NCBI GenBank assembly: GCA_964016885.1 | Contig: OZ024743.1 | Coordinates: forward strand, 166,222,001 to 166,286,000 | Length of the DNA stretch: 64,000 nucleotides | Direction of reading: 5' to 3' | Source: Eledone cirrhosa | Lineage: Eukaryota | Part shown: positions 38,585 through 49,869 of the stretch, piece after piece | Numbering within the stretch: the first letter of the stretch is position 1 | How the letters are laid out: every line of letters begins with the position of its first letter | The notes under the pieces: model-generated | Databases searched by the model: none | What the model was told of the DNA's origin: nothing | What the model saw: only the letters and a program-made list of their open reading frames with translations | Position numbers and translations under genes: made by a program

Positions 38585-40430
38585 AGCAATGTTGATACTG
38601 CACCAGTTGTTGCAGTCGGCCAGGTTTCCCTTCTTCAGCCGTTTGATGATGACACCACATTGCCAAACAAGAGGAACCCAACCAACCTTCCAGCAGTGGT
38701 TCATCAAGTTTGTCAACACCCTTATCATGCTATCCTCACTGAATTTGATCAACTCTGTAGAGATCTCATCCAGTCCAACTGCTTTGCCGTTCCTCAAGTC
38801 GCTGATTGCATCTCTCGTCTCCTGCTTGGTGATTTGGTCCTCGCAGACCTTGAGTACCGCAACGGTTGCTGGAGTCTCTGCTGTCAAGTCTAGTAGGGCG
38901 ACCGGATTTGGTTGGTTCAGCGTCTCCCGGAAGTGCTCCGTCCATCTCTGGTCCTGTTCTGCTCCAGTGGTCAATGTCTTGCCCTTTTTGTCTTTCACTG
39001 GCATGTTGGCATCGCTCGACATTCCCGTCAACTCCCTTATGATGTGGAACAGTGTTTTCGTGTCGTTGCAACCAGCAGCTTCCTCTGCTTCAGCACCTTT
39101 TTTTCTCCAGCCAGAGCCATCTGTCCCACCAGCAGCTTTGCTTGACTAGTCGGTTGAGTTGGCGGTATGCAGCATCTCTTTTCCCTTGGTCTTACTCCGA
39201 TATGGCAGTATCTTGCTCAACTTTCACCTTCTTTTGTTCGTCAATCAGGTCCCATGTTGATTCCTGGATCCATTGCTCTTTACTCATTCCTCGCCTTCAG
39301 CCAACAGTTTCTTGTGCTGCTACAGTCACTGCTATCGCAAACATCACCCATTTATCTTCCACATCTGCAGCCGCAATCAACTGCTGAAACCGGTTGTGCA
39401 GCGCTAGTTGGTACAGTCGTGTCTGACCAGGATCCTTCAGCTTCTTCACTGTATACGGCTTCGGTCTTTCCTGTCGTGTCTGTTTCTTTAGACACAGCAG
39501 AAGTTTGGCACTCAGTAGGTGGTGGTCTGAGCCCAAGTCTGCACCTCAGTACACTCTGACATCGTGCACAGAGGACCGCCAGCGCTGGTTGATGCAGACG
39601 TAATCAATCTCATTGTGGCTTTTCTGGTCCAGAGACTGCCAAGTAGCTTTGTCAATCACCTTGTGTTTGAAGTAGGTGTTGTTGACAAAAGATTTGCAGT
39701 ATCTCGCCAATGTCCGTGATGGTTGCAGCAGAACCAGTCCCTGTCTGTTGCAGTCAATCTGAGTGTTGGAATCGCCGATCAGTAGTTTGATGTCATGACT
39801 GGGCAAGTTGTTGAATGTGTCCTGCAGCCATTCGCAGAAGGCGTCCTTGTCAATGTCGGTTGCATCATCAATTGCCGCGTAGGCCTGAACAACAGTGATT
39901 TTCACATGCTTACTCTGAAAACGAGAGGTTATAATGCATTCGCTAACTGGCTCCCATCTGACCAACGCTTGAGTTGCACGGGCGCTAAGCACAAGTCCAA
40001 CTCCACGGACGTGCTTGTCTTGGTGTCCAGAGAAGAGCAGAGTCATGCCTCTGCTGCCACTCATCTTTCCGCAGCCGGTCCAACGCTTTTCGCTCACGCC
40101 CAGAATGTCCAGATAGTAGTGGTCGAACTCGTGCAGTAGCTGAGCCAGCTTATTTGCCTGGTACAGTGTTCTCTTTTGGTGCTCAGAATCTGGCTCATCG
40201 GAACCCCAACGTCTTTTCGGCTTTGATTGAGGGTCGTCAAGAGTGGAATGTATCCATGCCTTCATCTTTGCGCTGATCATTTGTTATTTTTGTGTTGCTT
40301 TTTTACTGTTTCTTTAGCGAATTTAAATTCTACAGCAGTCCTGGATTGCTAACCCGACGACTGTATTTGCCGGTTCTTTGCCCAGAGATCTGTGGTTGAC
40401 ACCCCTTCGCCACGATGAGGCGTCCGATAA
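38585..40430 (-). mobile_element. RTE LINE family C, 5' half (APE to RT start)
   Basis: DILGVSE, ITVVQAYA, LLIGD, NEIDYVCI, GSDHHLL and WTEHFRETLN motifs. Confidence 0.9.
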
Positions 40431-40484
40431 GACCAGGGGTCTCATACACATATATATATAATATATATACATATATATATATAT

Positions 40485-40816
40485 CCCCAGGAATTTGCGG
40501 GGTTACGTTTCTAGAACACACGCGAAGAGTGAAAACCCGCGAATATTGGACGTGGTCCATAAAAATGCCTATAAACGTCAAAACATAACGTAAAATATAG
40601 GCCGGCAAATACGGTATATTGTTATTAATAATTTACAAAGTAGAAACAGTTATTAATAATTAAGCATTAAAAAGCGTGAAAAAATATATATTCCCACGGA
40701 AAAAAAGCCATTAAAAAATCGCGAATATGCGGTGGTTTCCATGAATAATTATTAGTTAGGTTCTAAGGAAAATTCCGTGAATAAACCGGGACCACGAATG
40801 CCGGGGGTACACTGTA
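40485..40816. mobile_element. pogo/Tigger-like MITE
   Basis: Right end CGGGGGTACACTG-TA, degenerate left end in (TA)n, internal CGCGAA motifs. Confidence 0.55.
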
Positions 40817-41912
40817 CATATATAATAAATAAGGAACACATATGCATACACATAAAAGCAGGACGATGAAAGAACTCTAACCTTAACACTAAACATAACA
40901 AAGAATACAGTGAATCTGACGAGATATTTACCTATTATTTTCAAATAGTTTTGAAAATAACCAAAACTTTGGAGCGGTTTAGTAACATAACTAACTTTCT
41001 CATTTAATAAGCTGGTGTTTGAAACAAAAATTCTTACATAAAATTATAACTGAAACTTTTTTTATAGATATAAACTCTTTAAAACAAACAGTTTTGTATC
41101 ATAGAACCAGGGGGTCTCAATCAGTTCAGTATCAAATGAGGCCGAGTGGATCGACATTACCATTCATCTATCTTTCCCTATTTCTCTTTCTGATATTTAT
41201 TATATCGATACCGGAGTAGACTGAAGGTCAACAGCGACCCCGGTGAGATAGCAAAGAGAAGTACCGAGAAATGCAAGCCCGGCCGACATTCTATCGCCAA
41301 CATCAGATACGAAAGGTTTATAACCGTACCAAAGAAACACAAGTTATGAATTAAAAATAAGATGCTGCTATATCTTATATCGGTGTTGTGAAAACTCATG
41401 GCTAAATAGGAGAATAGCGGCGTAATGAAAACTGGGATCAGGGGGCGCAATGAGGAATGTAAAAATCTTGTTTATACGATGTGCGTGTGTGCGATTGGCA
41501 ATGGAGTTCGAAATAAGAAAATTAAAATATTTCGTCCGCATTCATCGGAAACCCTAATGTGTTGCGCAATAAATCTGGTGAATTTGACGAAATACTTTCA
41601 TTTTCATATTTCCTAATGATAAAGATTCCTCGTAAAGCACTTCGTGGTATTGTAATTTCGTCAACCTCACACACACACATATATATGTATATATATATCA
41701 GTGTCTACGTAATCTACATGATAAATGTAACAATGTGGATATATATATACATATACACGCAATGTGAATCAATACAAAGAGTGTTTTGGTGGATTTTTTT
41801 GTTGTTTTGTTTGTTAGTTGTTGTTTTTTAGTTTGTGTTTGGTTTTTGGGGGTTTTTTCAGAAAAATAACATAAATTCATAATTTATAAAAAAGTTATAT
41901 CAATCTATTTAC

Positions 41913-42110
41913 CTGTTTAGAAATTGAATGGGAAAGAATAATAACTAGTATCAAAAGTAAATAGTTCCGTGTAAAAGACGTCCTATTCAAATGAATGACT
42001 GGGTGTTTGTTATTTAGCTTTTCTTTCGGTGGTGAAAGAGTGAAAGCAAAGTGTATCTTCCTTGCTTTGGTTACCGGAAATCACCGGCTTTTTCAGACGT
42101 CACATCCTGT
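41913..42110 (-). promoter_or_regulatory. Putative SLC30A9 promoter and non-coding exon 1
   Basis: Unique CpG-retaining segment with a CRE half-site (TGACGT, 42097-42102) and an ETS-like CCGGAA (42074-42079). It is followed on the minus strand by donor cag|gtaaat at 41912. The exon at 10360 needs an upstream donor. Confidence 0.45.
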
Positions 42111-42149
42111 GAAACAACAACAGCAACCCTCTTCCCCTCTTTATTTCTA

Positions 42150-42570
42150 TTACCAAATGCCGTAATTGTCTCTACTGTTGGCACAAGGCCAGCAATTTGA
42201 AGGGCAGGAGAAAGTCGAGTAAACGACATCAGTGTGTAACTGTATTTTATTAAGCCCATAAAGATGAAAGGCAAACCTATCTATGGCAGGATTTGAACTC
42301 AGAACGTAAAGTCCGTAACTATATGCAACAAAGCATGTCCGACGCTCTACCGATACTGTAAATTGTTTCAGCTTTTGGCACAAGGCTTGCCATTTGAATG
42401 GGAGAGGGGAAATCGATTAAATTGATTAAATTAAATACTGGCGTATTATTTTATCAACGCCGTAAGGATAAAAAGCAAAGCTAACCGCAGAGGGATTTGA
42501 ACTCAAAACGTTTGGGTTGTAACTATATGCCGCAAACCATATTGTCTGATGCTCTACTGATATTGCCAAT
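42150..42570 (-). mobile_element. Two tandem tRNA-derived SINEs (octopus OK-like); others at 16599-16780 (+) and 53030-53245 (+)
   Basis: A box GCAGTATCGG-like, B box GAGTTCAAATCC, and a shared tail (ctttgcctttcatc...ggccttgtgcc). Confidence 0.75.
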
Positions 42571-44087
42571 CCACAAATAATTAATTTAGGTCCGTGGCTT
42601 AAATGGTTCTGTCCTTGAGCAAGATATTTAAATTTTTGTTACTTCAGTCTACTCAACTGGGGAAAAAAATGAATTGTACTTTTAATTCAAACGGTACACA
42701 TGTTTTGAATCTCCATGAGAACTGCGTTTCAGATGTGCGTGTCTGTGGAATGTTCCAGCCACTTGTACGTTAATTTTACGAGCATTTTTTTTTTTGTTGA
42801 TCGAATTAGCTGGAAATCTCCTTGTCATATTAGTCGTTAAAACAAGGGAGCAAACTGTTGTTTAATCGAGAGTATTACTCGCCGTCGAACCTCTAAAGCA
42901 AAGGTTCTCAACCCGTTTCAGACAAAAATTTCCCCCTCGAAATCACGAAACGCCCCCTACCCTATTTTTCCATTTTTCAATATACTACTGATTTTGATAT
43001 CAGTAGATTACTGGGCCAAACCAAGTTGTGTTAGAATCTTTTAAAAAATACTTGTACGAATTAAATACAAAAAAGTTTCAGTCCAAAACAAAAGCAAACT
43101 ATTTCAAATTATATATTTTTGAAAAATAAACGTGAATGTTCTCAAAGATTTGATCTCAGTCGAAAAAGCTTTTTTTTTTTTAATTCTATATTTCACTGTT
43201 AGCTGTTGTAATATTTTGAGTGGATAGACAATTCTACAATTCAAACTGTAAAGTCAAAATACAAAAGATGCAAAATATGAAGAATTTCTTACCTTTCTCT
43301 GGAATCACAAACTCAAGAGAAAAATAGTACCTTGCAAAATAAAGTGTCTCGATCACAAACTTAGTTGCAACGAATGAATTGAGATGCTTAGTGACAGTGA
43401 GCAAACAATATTTGTATCCCTTATATATATATATATACATAGATAGATACACACACACACATACACGCGCGCGCTCGCACACACACACACACACAAACAA
43501 ACGTGTGTGTGTGTCTTACTTTTGGTAAAGAAAGAATTTTGTCTCCAGTTTTTATTGCCGGGTCAAAAGCCACTGCTCTTTTCAACAACGCCATATATAT
43601 TAATTTGTGTTTGAGACACGTTGGCTGAATGCTTTTGACGGGAATGAAAAGATTTGTTTTCTATTCTCCCGCCACCACGTAAAGTTTGTAATTCAGTGGC
43701 TAGTCGAGGGACAGAATTGTATCGGATTCCAGTTGCTAATCACTTTACCTTGGCGGCTGTCACAAACAGTCATAGCCGGCATGAGCTGGGGTTTGAATTC
43801 TGTCGATCGATTGGTTATTGATTAGGCGATACCCGCTGATGAAGCCACGTACACCAATTATGCATTGTTGCATAATATATGCAGACAGAGGGTGCAGTGC
43901 ACCTTATTGCTGCATTAAGTGTGGCCAAAACTCGAGTCCGGGAACTATTATAGGCACTCATTTTACGTGTGTTGTATTGAAGCGAATAACTAAGTGTATA
44001 CTCTGGGAATGTATCTTACATTGCCTATTGAGTACGTTGAGATACAGCCGGTCCTGGCATTGATAAATATGGTGGATCCGTCAACTC

Positions 44088-44155
<68 letters not shown>

Positions 44156-44365
44156 TTGGTCCTCTAAAATAGCGATATATATATGAATGTATATATATAG
44201 TGTATTTTGCAATACACTGTATGCTTAATTAAAAGCATTTTGAAGACCATACGCTATTGTTTTAAAATAGTGACAATGTCACTTATTTAAATTTTCAGCA
44301 AACAGGGGCGATAAACTGACAGAGTTCTGTTTCGTACTGGAATTCTATAAGATTCCAACACACAT

Positions 44366-44461
44366 AATTTTCAGCAAACAGGAGGAGTAGTGAGCTTTGA
44401 TAAGTACCAAAAAAGTATGAAACAGAGGTCTGTCAGTTATCTCCCCTGTTTGCTGAAAATT
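44366..44461 (+). ncRNA. Type-I hammerhead with U3-A8 core variant (UUGAUAA)
   Basis: GTGAGCT-TTGATAA-GTAC caaaaaa GTAT-GAAA-CAGA gg TCTG-TC/AGTT. Distal stem I pairs 44366-44382 with 44445-44461 (17 bp). Confidence 0.65.
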
Positions 44462-44583
44462 TAAATAAGTGACAGTGTCACTATTTTAAAACAATAGCGT
44501 ATGGTCTTCAAAATGCTTTTAATTAAGCATACAGTTTATTGCAAAATACACTATATATATACATTCATATATATATATGTATG

Positions 44584-44661
<78 letters not shown>

Positions 44662-44711
44662 AGTATGTATGTATACGTACATACATATATGTATACAGAC
44701 GTACAGTAGCA

Positions 44712-44780
<69 letters not shown>

Positions 44781-45075
44781 CGAAGGAAATGTGGTAAGGA
44801 ACCATGTGGACCATAACGCACCAAAGTACTCAATACTTGAGGTAGTAGAGTGGGTAATAGGAACCAGTAAGACCCCTGGGGTCTTACTGGTTCCTATATA
44901 TATATATATATATATATATACATACAGGTACACATACATATATGCACGTATCAGTTTAGCGGACGCTTATTATAACGCCCGCTTTGTTCGTTTGTAAACA
45001 AACTGAACAGCCTGAATTTATGCCGTACGGTGTTAAGGCAACCAGGTCACCTTTTTGTTCAACACTGACACAGGA

Positions 45076-45118
45076 ACGATGTACTAGTTTCAAGCTTGTT
45101 AGCTATCATCAGCACCGT
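45076..45118 (-). ncRNA. Minimal type-I hammerhead ribozyme in tandem-repeat unit 1
   Basis: Minus strand reads ACGGTG-CTGATGA-TAGCTAACAAGCTT-GAAA-CTAGTA/CATCGT. Stem I is 6 bp, stem II is AGCT/AGCT, stem III is the palindrome ACTAGT, and the cleavage site is GUA. Confidence 0.8.
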
Positions 45119-45354
45119 ATACCCTTCTGCCAGATAGTTGAACGTTCGAAAGTATATACTTTCCTTATGAAAATTAACGGCTGAGCAGCCTAATTTGCAT
45201 ATCGAGTGAGTTAAGTCGGTCAGGCATACCGAAAACGATAAGTTGTAATAAAATGAAAACGAAATTTCATTTCTCACTCTTAGTACGGCACTTACTTAAA
45301 TGTAAGTATGTATGTATACGTACATACATATATGTATACAGACGTACAGTAGCA

Positions 45355-45417
<63 letters not shown>

Positions 45418-45939
45418 GAATAATCGAGTATCGGAAAATCAGCTCACGAATTTACGATAAACAAATCCGACATGAGTGGCAGAGGGCTCAATAATTCAGA
45501 TAAATCAGAGCTATAACTATCGTTAAGATACCAACACACAAAGATTATGCCTAAAATCACCCGTGCAGCCGAAAAATAACGACCAGGAAGATTCGGGTCA
45601 CTCAGATAAAATATCAATAAATCAATAATTTATATGAATGTAAAAACTTACCCGGACCCACTAGAAAGGTGGTAAATCTAGCTTCTTGGGTTTCTGCTAT
45701 TCCTTAATCCGCCCCCTATCAGCCCACATAAAAATATATAAGACTTCTAGGGAGAGGAGGGACCGGAACAACTTTATCAACGGGTCATGTCCGACGAATG
45801 AAGAAGTTAACTATAGCTAGACGCACATGGAGTCCAGCAAGGGAGATAACCTCTATATTCGCGAAAATAATCGGTAATGTGGAATACACATATCGAATAA
45901 GAATGCTCGATAGACATGTTAAAATAAACAGGAGCTATT

Positions 45940-45984
<45 letters not shown>

Positions 45985-46135
45985 CAGGTACACATACATA
46001 TATGCACGTATCAGTTTAGCGGACGCTTATTATAACGCCCGCTTTGTTCGTTTGTAAACAAACTGAACAGCCTGAATTTATGCCGTACGGTGTTAAGGCA
46101 ATCACGTCATCTTTTTGTTCAACACTGACACAGGA

Positions 46136-46178
46136 ACGATGTACTAGTTTCAAGCTTGTTAGCTATCACCAGCACCGT
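46136..46178 (-). ncRNA. Second copy of the same hammerhead with mutated core (CTGGTGA)
   Basis: Identical to 45076-45118 at offset +1060 except an A6-to-G change at 46169. Confidence 0.7.
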
Positions 46179-46410
46179 ATACCCTTCTGCCAGATAGTTG
46201 AACGTTCGAAAGTATATACTTTCCTTATGAAAATTAACGGCTGAGCAGCCTAATTTGCATATCGAGTGAGTTAAGTCGGTCAGGCATACCGAAAACGATA
46301 AGTTGTAATAAAATGAAAACAAAATTTCATTTCTCACTCTTAGTACGGCACTTACTTAAATGTAAGTATGTATACGTACATACATATATGTATACAGACG
46401 TACAGTAGCA

Positions 46411-46480
<70 letters not shown>

Positions 46481-46546
46481 TACATACAGGTACACATACA
46501 TATATGCACGTATCAGTTTAGCGGACGCTTATTATAACGCCCGCTT

Positions 46547-47004
46547 TGAAACCTCACACATATATAAAACTCAACGCGTAGAGTGGAATAGGCTACTTGA
46601 AAATTTCGAAAAATCTGGACCCCAGAAGCCAAAAATGGATGAAACTCGACGCAAGTGTGTATTTTGATCCGGGGATAAACGTGCGCTACATTAAATTTTC
46701 GAAAAATCGATAATTGGATCACCAGAGGCAAAAATCAGGACAACTCTAACTTACTCTCTTTCCCTCTCTTCCACCTCACTGACGCAGCCACACCTCCTGC
46801 CTGCTGATAAAATACATAGATAGATTAACACACACATATAGTTATGTATATACTCTCTTTCCCTCTCTTCCACCTCACTGGCGCAGCCAAAACCTCCTGC
46901 CTGCTGATAAAATACATACATAGATAAACACACACATATATAGTTATGTATATATGTATGTGTGTGTCTATATATATATATATATATGTGTGTGTGTATA
47001 TATA

Positions 47005-47087
<83 letters not shown>

Positions 47088-48310
47088 ATATATATGTCGT
47101 CCCACTTCATCGTCATGCCTCACCATGCCGCATCCATGCTCTGTCAGCCACCATGCCCTCCCCTTCCCTCTCACTTACCCGCACGACTTGGTCCTTCACG
47201 AGTGCCATGGTTCACCATGCGGAATCCCTGCAACCGTCAATCCCGGCCATCTCCCTTCCCTGCACGCCGTCGTCCCACTGCATCGTCATGCATCACCATG
47301 CCGCATCAATGCTCTGTCAACCGCCATCCCCTCCTTGGCCCTTTCTTTTTCCTGCTCGCAGTGCTCCTTCAAGACTGCCATGGATCACCATGCGGCATCC
47401 TTGCCACCGTCCACCCCTGCCCTCTTCCTTGCCTGCTGGCCGTCGTCCCACTGCATCTTCATGCCTCAGGATGCCGCCTCCATGCACTATCAGCCACCAT
47501 CCCATCTTCGGCCCTTTCTTTTGCCTGACCGCCGTGCTCCTTCAAGACTCCCATGGCTATCTATGCCGCATCAATTCCTTGCCACCCGTTTAAACGTCAT
47601 CAGTATGGCTTATTGTTGCCTCATTTGATCACCGATTTTCGCAGGCTAAACACAATACCAACGTGCACGATAGAGTCCATGGTAAATCTTTTTAATTACA
47701 TGTTCTTGAGGCTGTTGCAATTTTGACGCAATTTTGATCAACTTTTTTTCACATATAGCAAATTTACCGGGACAGGTCTTTAGCTACTCAAATCTACTTC
47801 AGAGGTCACGCGTTCATGTAAAAAATCAATAAAACTGAAGCGGGGGTTCGACTTTGCGCAAAAAAACAAGGCAAAGTTGCAGATGGGATCATTTTTTACA
47901 GGAACGTCCGATTTTCGTGAAAACTGTCGCAAATGAATCGTCCATAAGGCCGCGATTCAGATAAAGTCCCTTTTATTTCTTCTTCTGCACATGTGAGTGC
48001 CAAAATTGTATTAAAAAAAAAATTTGAAAAAATCGACTTTTTCACCCTGCTTTAAAAATCAACTGAAAATTCAATTTCAAGTGAATTTGACTTCCGTCAG
48101 TCTTGCAAAGAACTATTTCAACGATACACTGTGAACCTACAATTGATCCATTATTTATGCTCAATTACACACCTGCGTATACTAACCTCTGTTTTTTCCT
48201 TGAGGTTCGAAGGTTTTTGCACCTGTGATGCGCGGGAAGTAACTTTCAAACATTTTAATAACAGACCAAAGTTCGACTTACACCCGGGCAAGGCCGGGTA
48301 CTTCTGCTAG
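46547..48310 (+). mobile_element. Deleted copy of the 26510-29916 Helitron-like family
   Basis: Shared blocks, GC-rich minisatellite, hairpin plus CTAG at 48307. Confidence 0.8.
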
Positions 48311-48311
48311 T

Positions 48312-49730
48312 ACTAAAATAAACCGCAACAAACCACCATCTCCTTCACCTATAGCAAGTCGAGTAAATTCCACACCAAATTTTACTAACTCCCCTGATAT
48401 AATATTCACGAATGGATGTAACTGTAGAATCAAAAGAAACAGCCCATTAAAGGGAAATTGTCTTATTAATAACATAGTCTATAAATGTAAAATTAGCACT
48501 AAGGACTCCACTTATTCATATATAGGAGCTACGTCTAACCAATTTAAAGTAAGATTTAATACCCACAAACATAGTTTTATAAATGCCGCATTAGCTAATA
48601 CAACATCCTTGGCTGAAACAATTAATAATTATAGAAAGAAGAATATCGATTACAACCTGACCTGGAGTGTGCTCAAAATGGCCACCCCTTATCAAAATAA
48701 CAGATATGAGTGTAGGTTATGCTCCCAGGAACTTTTTGAAATCATGAAATCTAAGGATATCCTATTAAATAAGCGACAGGAATTAATTATATCTTGCAAT
48801 CATAGAATTAGAAGAACCTTCAATAAACCTAATTAGTATACACCGTACACTTATATTTTACATATTACTATAATTAGTGTTTTTAATTTAGTTAACCTAT
48901 AATTAGTACTTTACTTCAGAGAACTTCATAATTTTATTTCCCTCTTACAGCTCTCTTTTCCTAAAATTAATACCTAAAAGTATACCTATAAATTAATTTA
49001 ATTTCCTGTTATGAATCTAGATTCCTTGTAGTTTATATAAGATTGGTATTTCTCACTACTACTCTTATCCCAAAATTTTACTTTCCTTCATTTTAACAAC
49101 ACTCTTTAATAACATCTAATTCTTATTTATCACATTCATATGAATTAATATAAATGTATCCCTATAAGTATACCTATCAATTTATTTAATTTCTTGTTGT
49201 AGATCTAGATTCCTTGTGGTTTAAATAAGATTGGTATTTCTCACTAATATCCTTATCCTAAAATTTTATTTTCCTTCGTTTTTAACATTATTCTTTAATA
49301 ACATCAAATTTTCGTAAACCCTTCACTGGCTTGACCTCTTTTCATCCCCAAAGTATTCTTTTCATTCAAAGTATTCTTTTCATTCAAAACATAAGTCTAC
49401 ACTCCTCTACCCCTAAATTAGATTTCTACTACCACTATTCTATCAACTTGACCTCTAACTACTTTTCTATTGGTCAATTCAAAACCTGTTCCCAAACAGA
49501 CCTTTTATATTAAATCTTTGTTGGGTTTTTTTCAATAAACAAATCTCATCATTTCTGAAGACAGCATGTATATGTGAAGGTATGTATATTTCCTCTGATA
49601 ATTTGTAATATTTTTACATAGACCTATATGATATACATACCAACACAAATACATCCTAGAAACGATCGTAAAATGATGATTTTTTTAATATAAGGAACTT
49701 GTTCTTTGTTTTTATTTCATTGTTTTTATT
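48312..49730 (+). mobile_element. Penelope-like element 3' part: GIY-YIG ORF end, duplicated 3'UTR, hammerhead
   Basis: CNCR..PLKGNCL..IVYKC...YIGATSNQFKVRFNTHKHSF...CRLC...LLNKRQELIISCNH; stop at 48836. Confidence 0.9.
49546..49679 (+). ncRNA. Type-I hammerhead with long stem II at the 3' end of a Penelope element
   Basis: TCATCATTT-CTGAAGA-(~97-nt hairpin)-GAAA-CGATCGTA/AAATGATGA, with a perfect 9-bp stem I and palindromic stem III CGATCG. Confidence 0.8.
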
Positions 49731-49869
49731 AATTTATATATATATATATATGTATGTATATATATATGTCTATATATATATGTGTGTGTCTATATATATA
49801 TAATATATATATAGAGAGAGAAAGAGAGAGAGAGCGAGAAAGAGACAGAGAGTAAGAAATGTGTGTGTT

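Larger units (their letters stand above)
44655..46547. repeat. Tandem array of a ~440-bp hammerhead-containing unit separated by (TA)n
   Basis: Unit end 44655-44715, full units ~44920-45358 and ~45980-46415, unit start 46480-46547. Confidence 0.9.

Noticed and set aside
42074-42105. Micro-exon DVTSEKAGDFR
   Set aside because: Better explained as promoter motifs; no compatible neighbouring coding exons.
44519-46667. YIYI-rich ORFs and a CRISPR-like repeat-spacer look
   Set aside because: The ORFs are (TA)n translations. The units are ~440 bp in a eukaryote with no cas genes, so this is not CRISPR.
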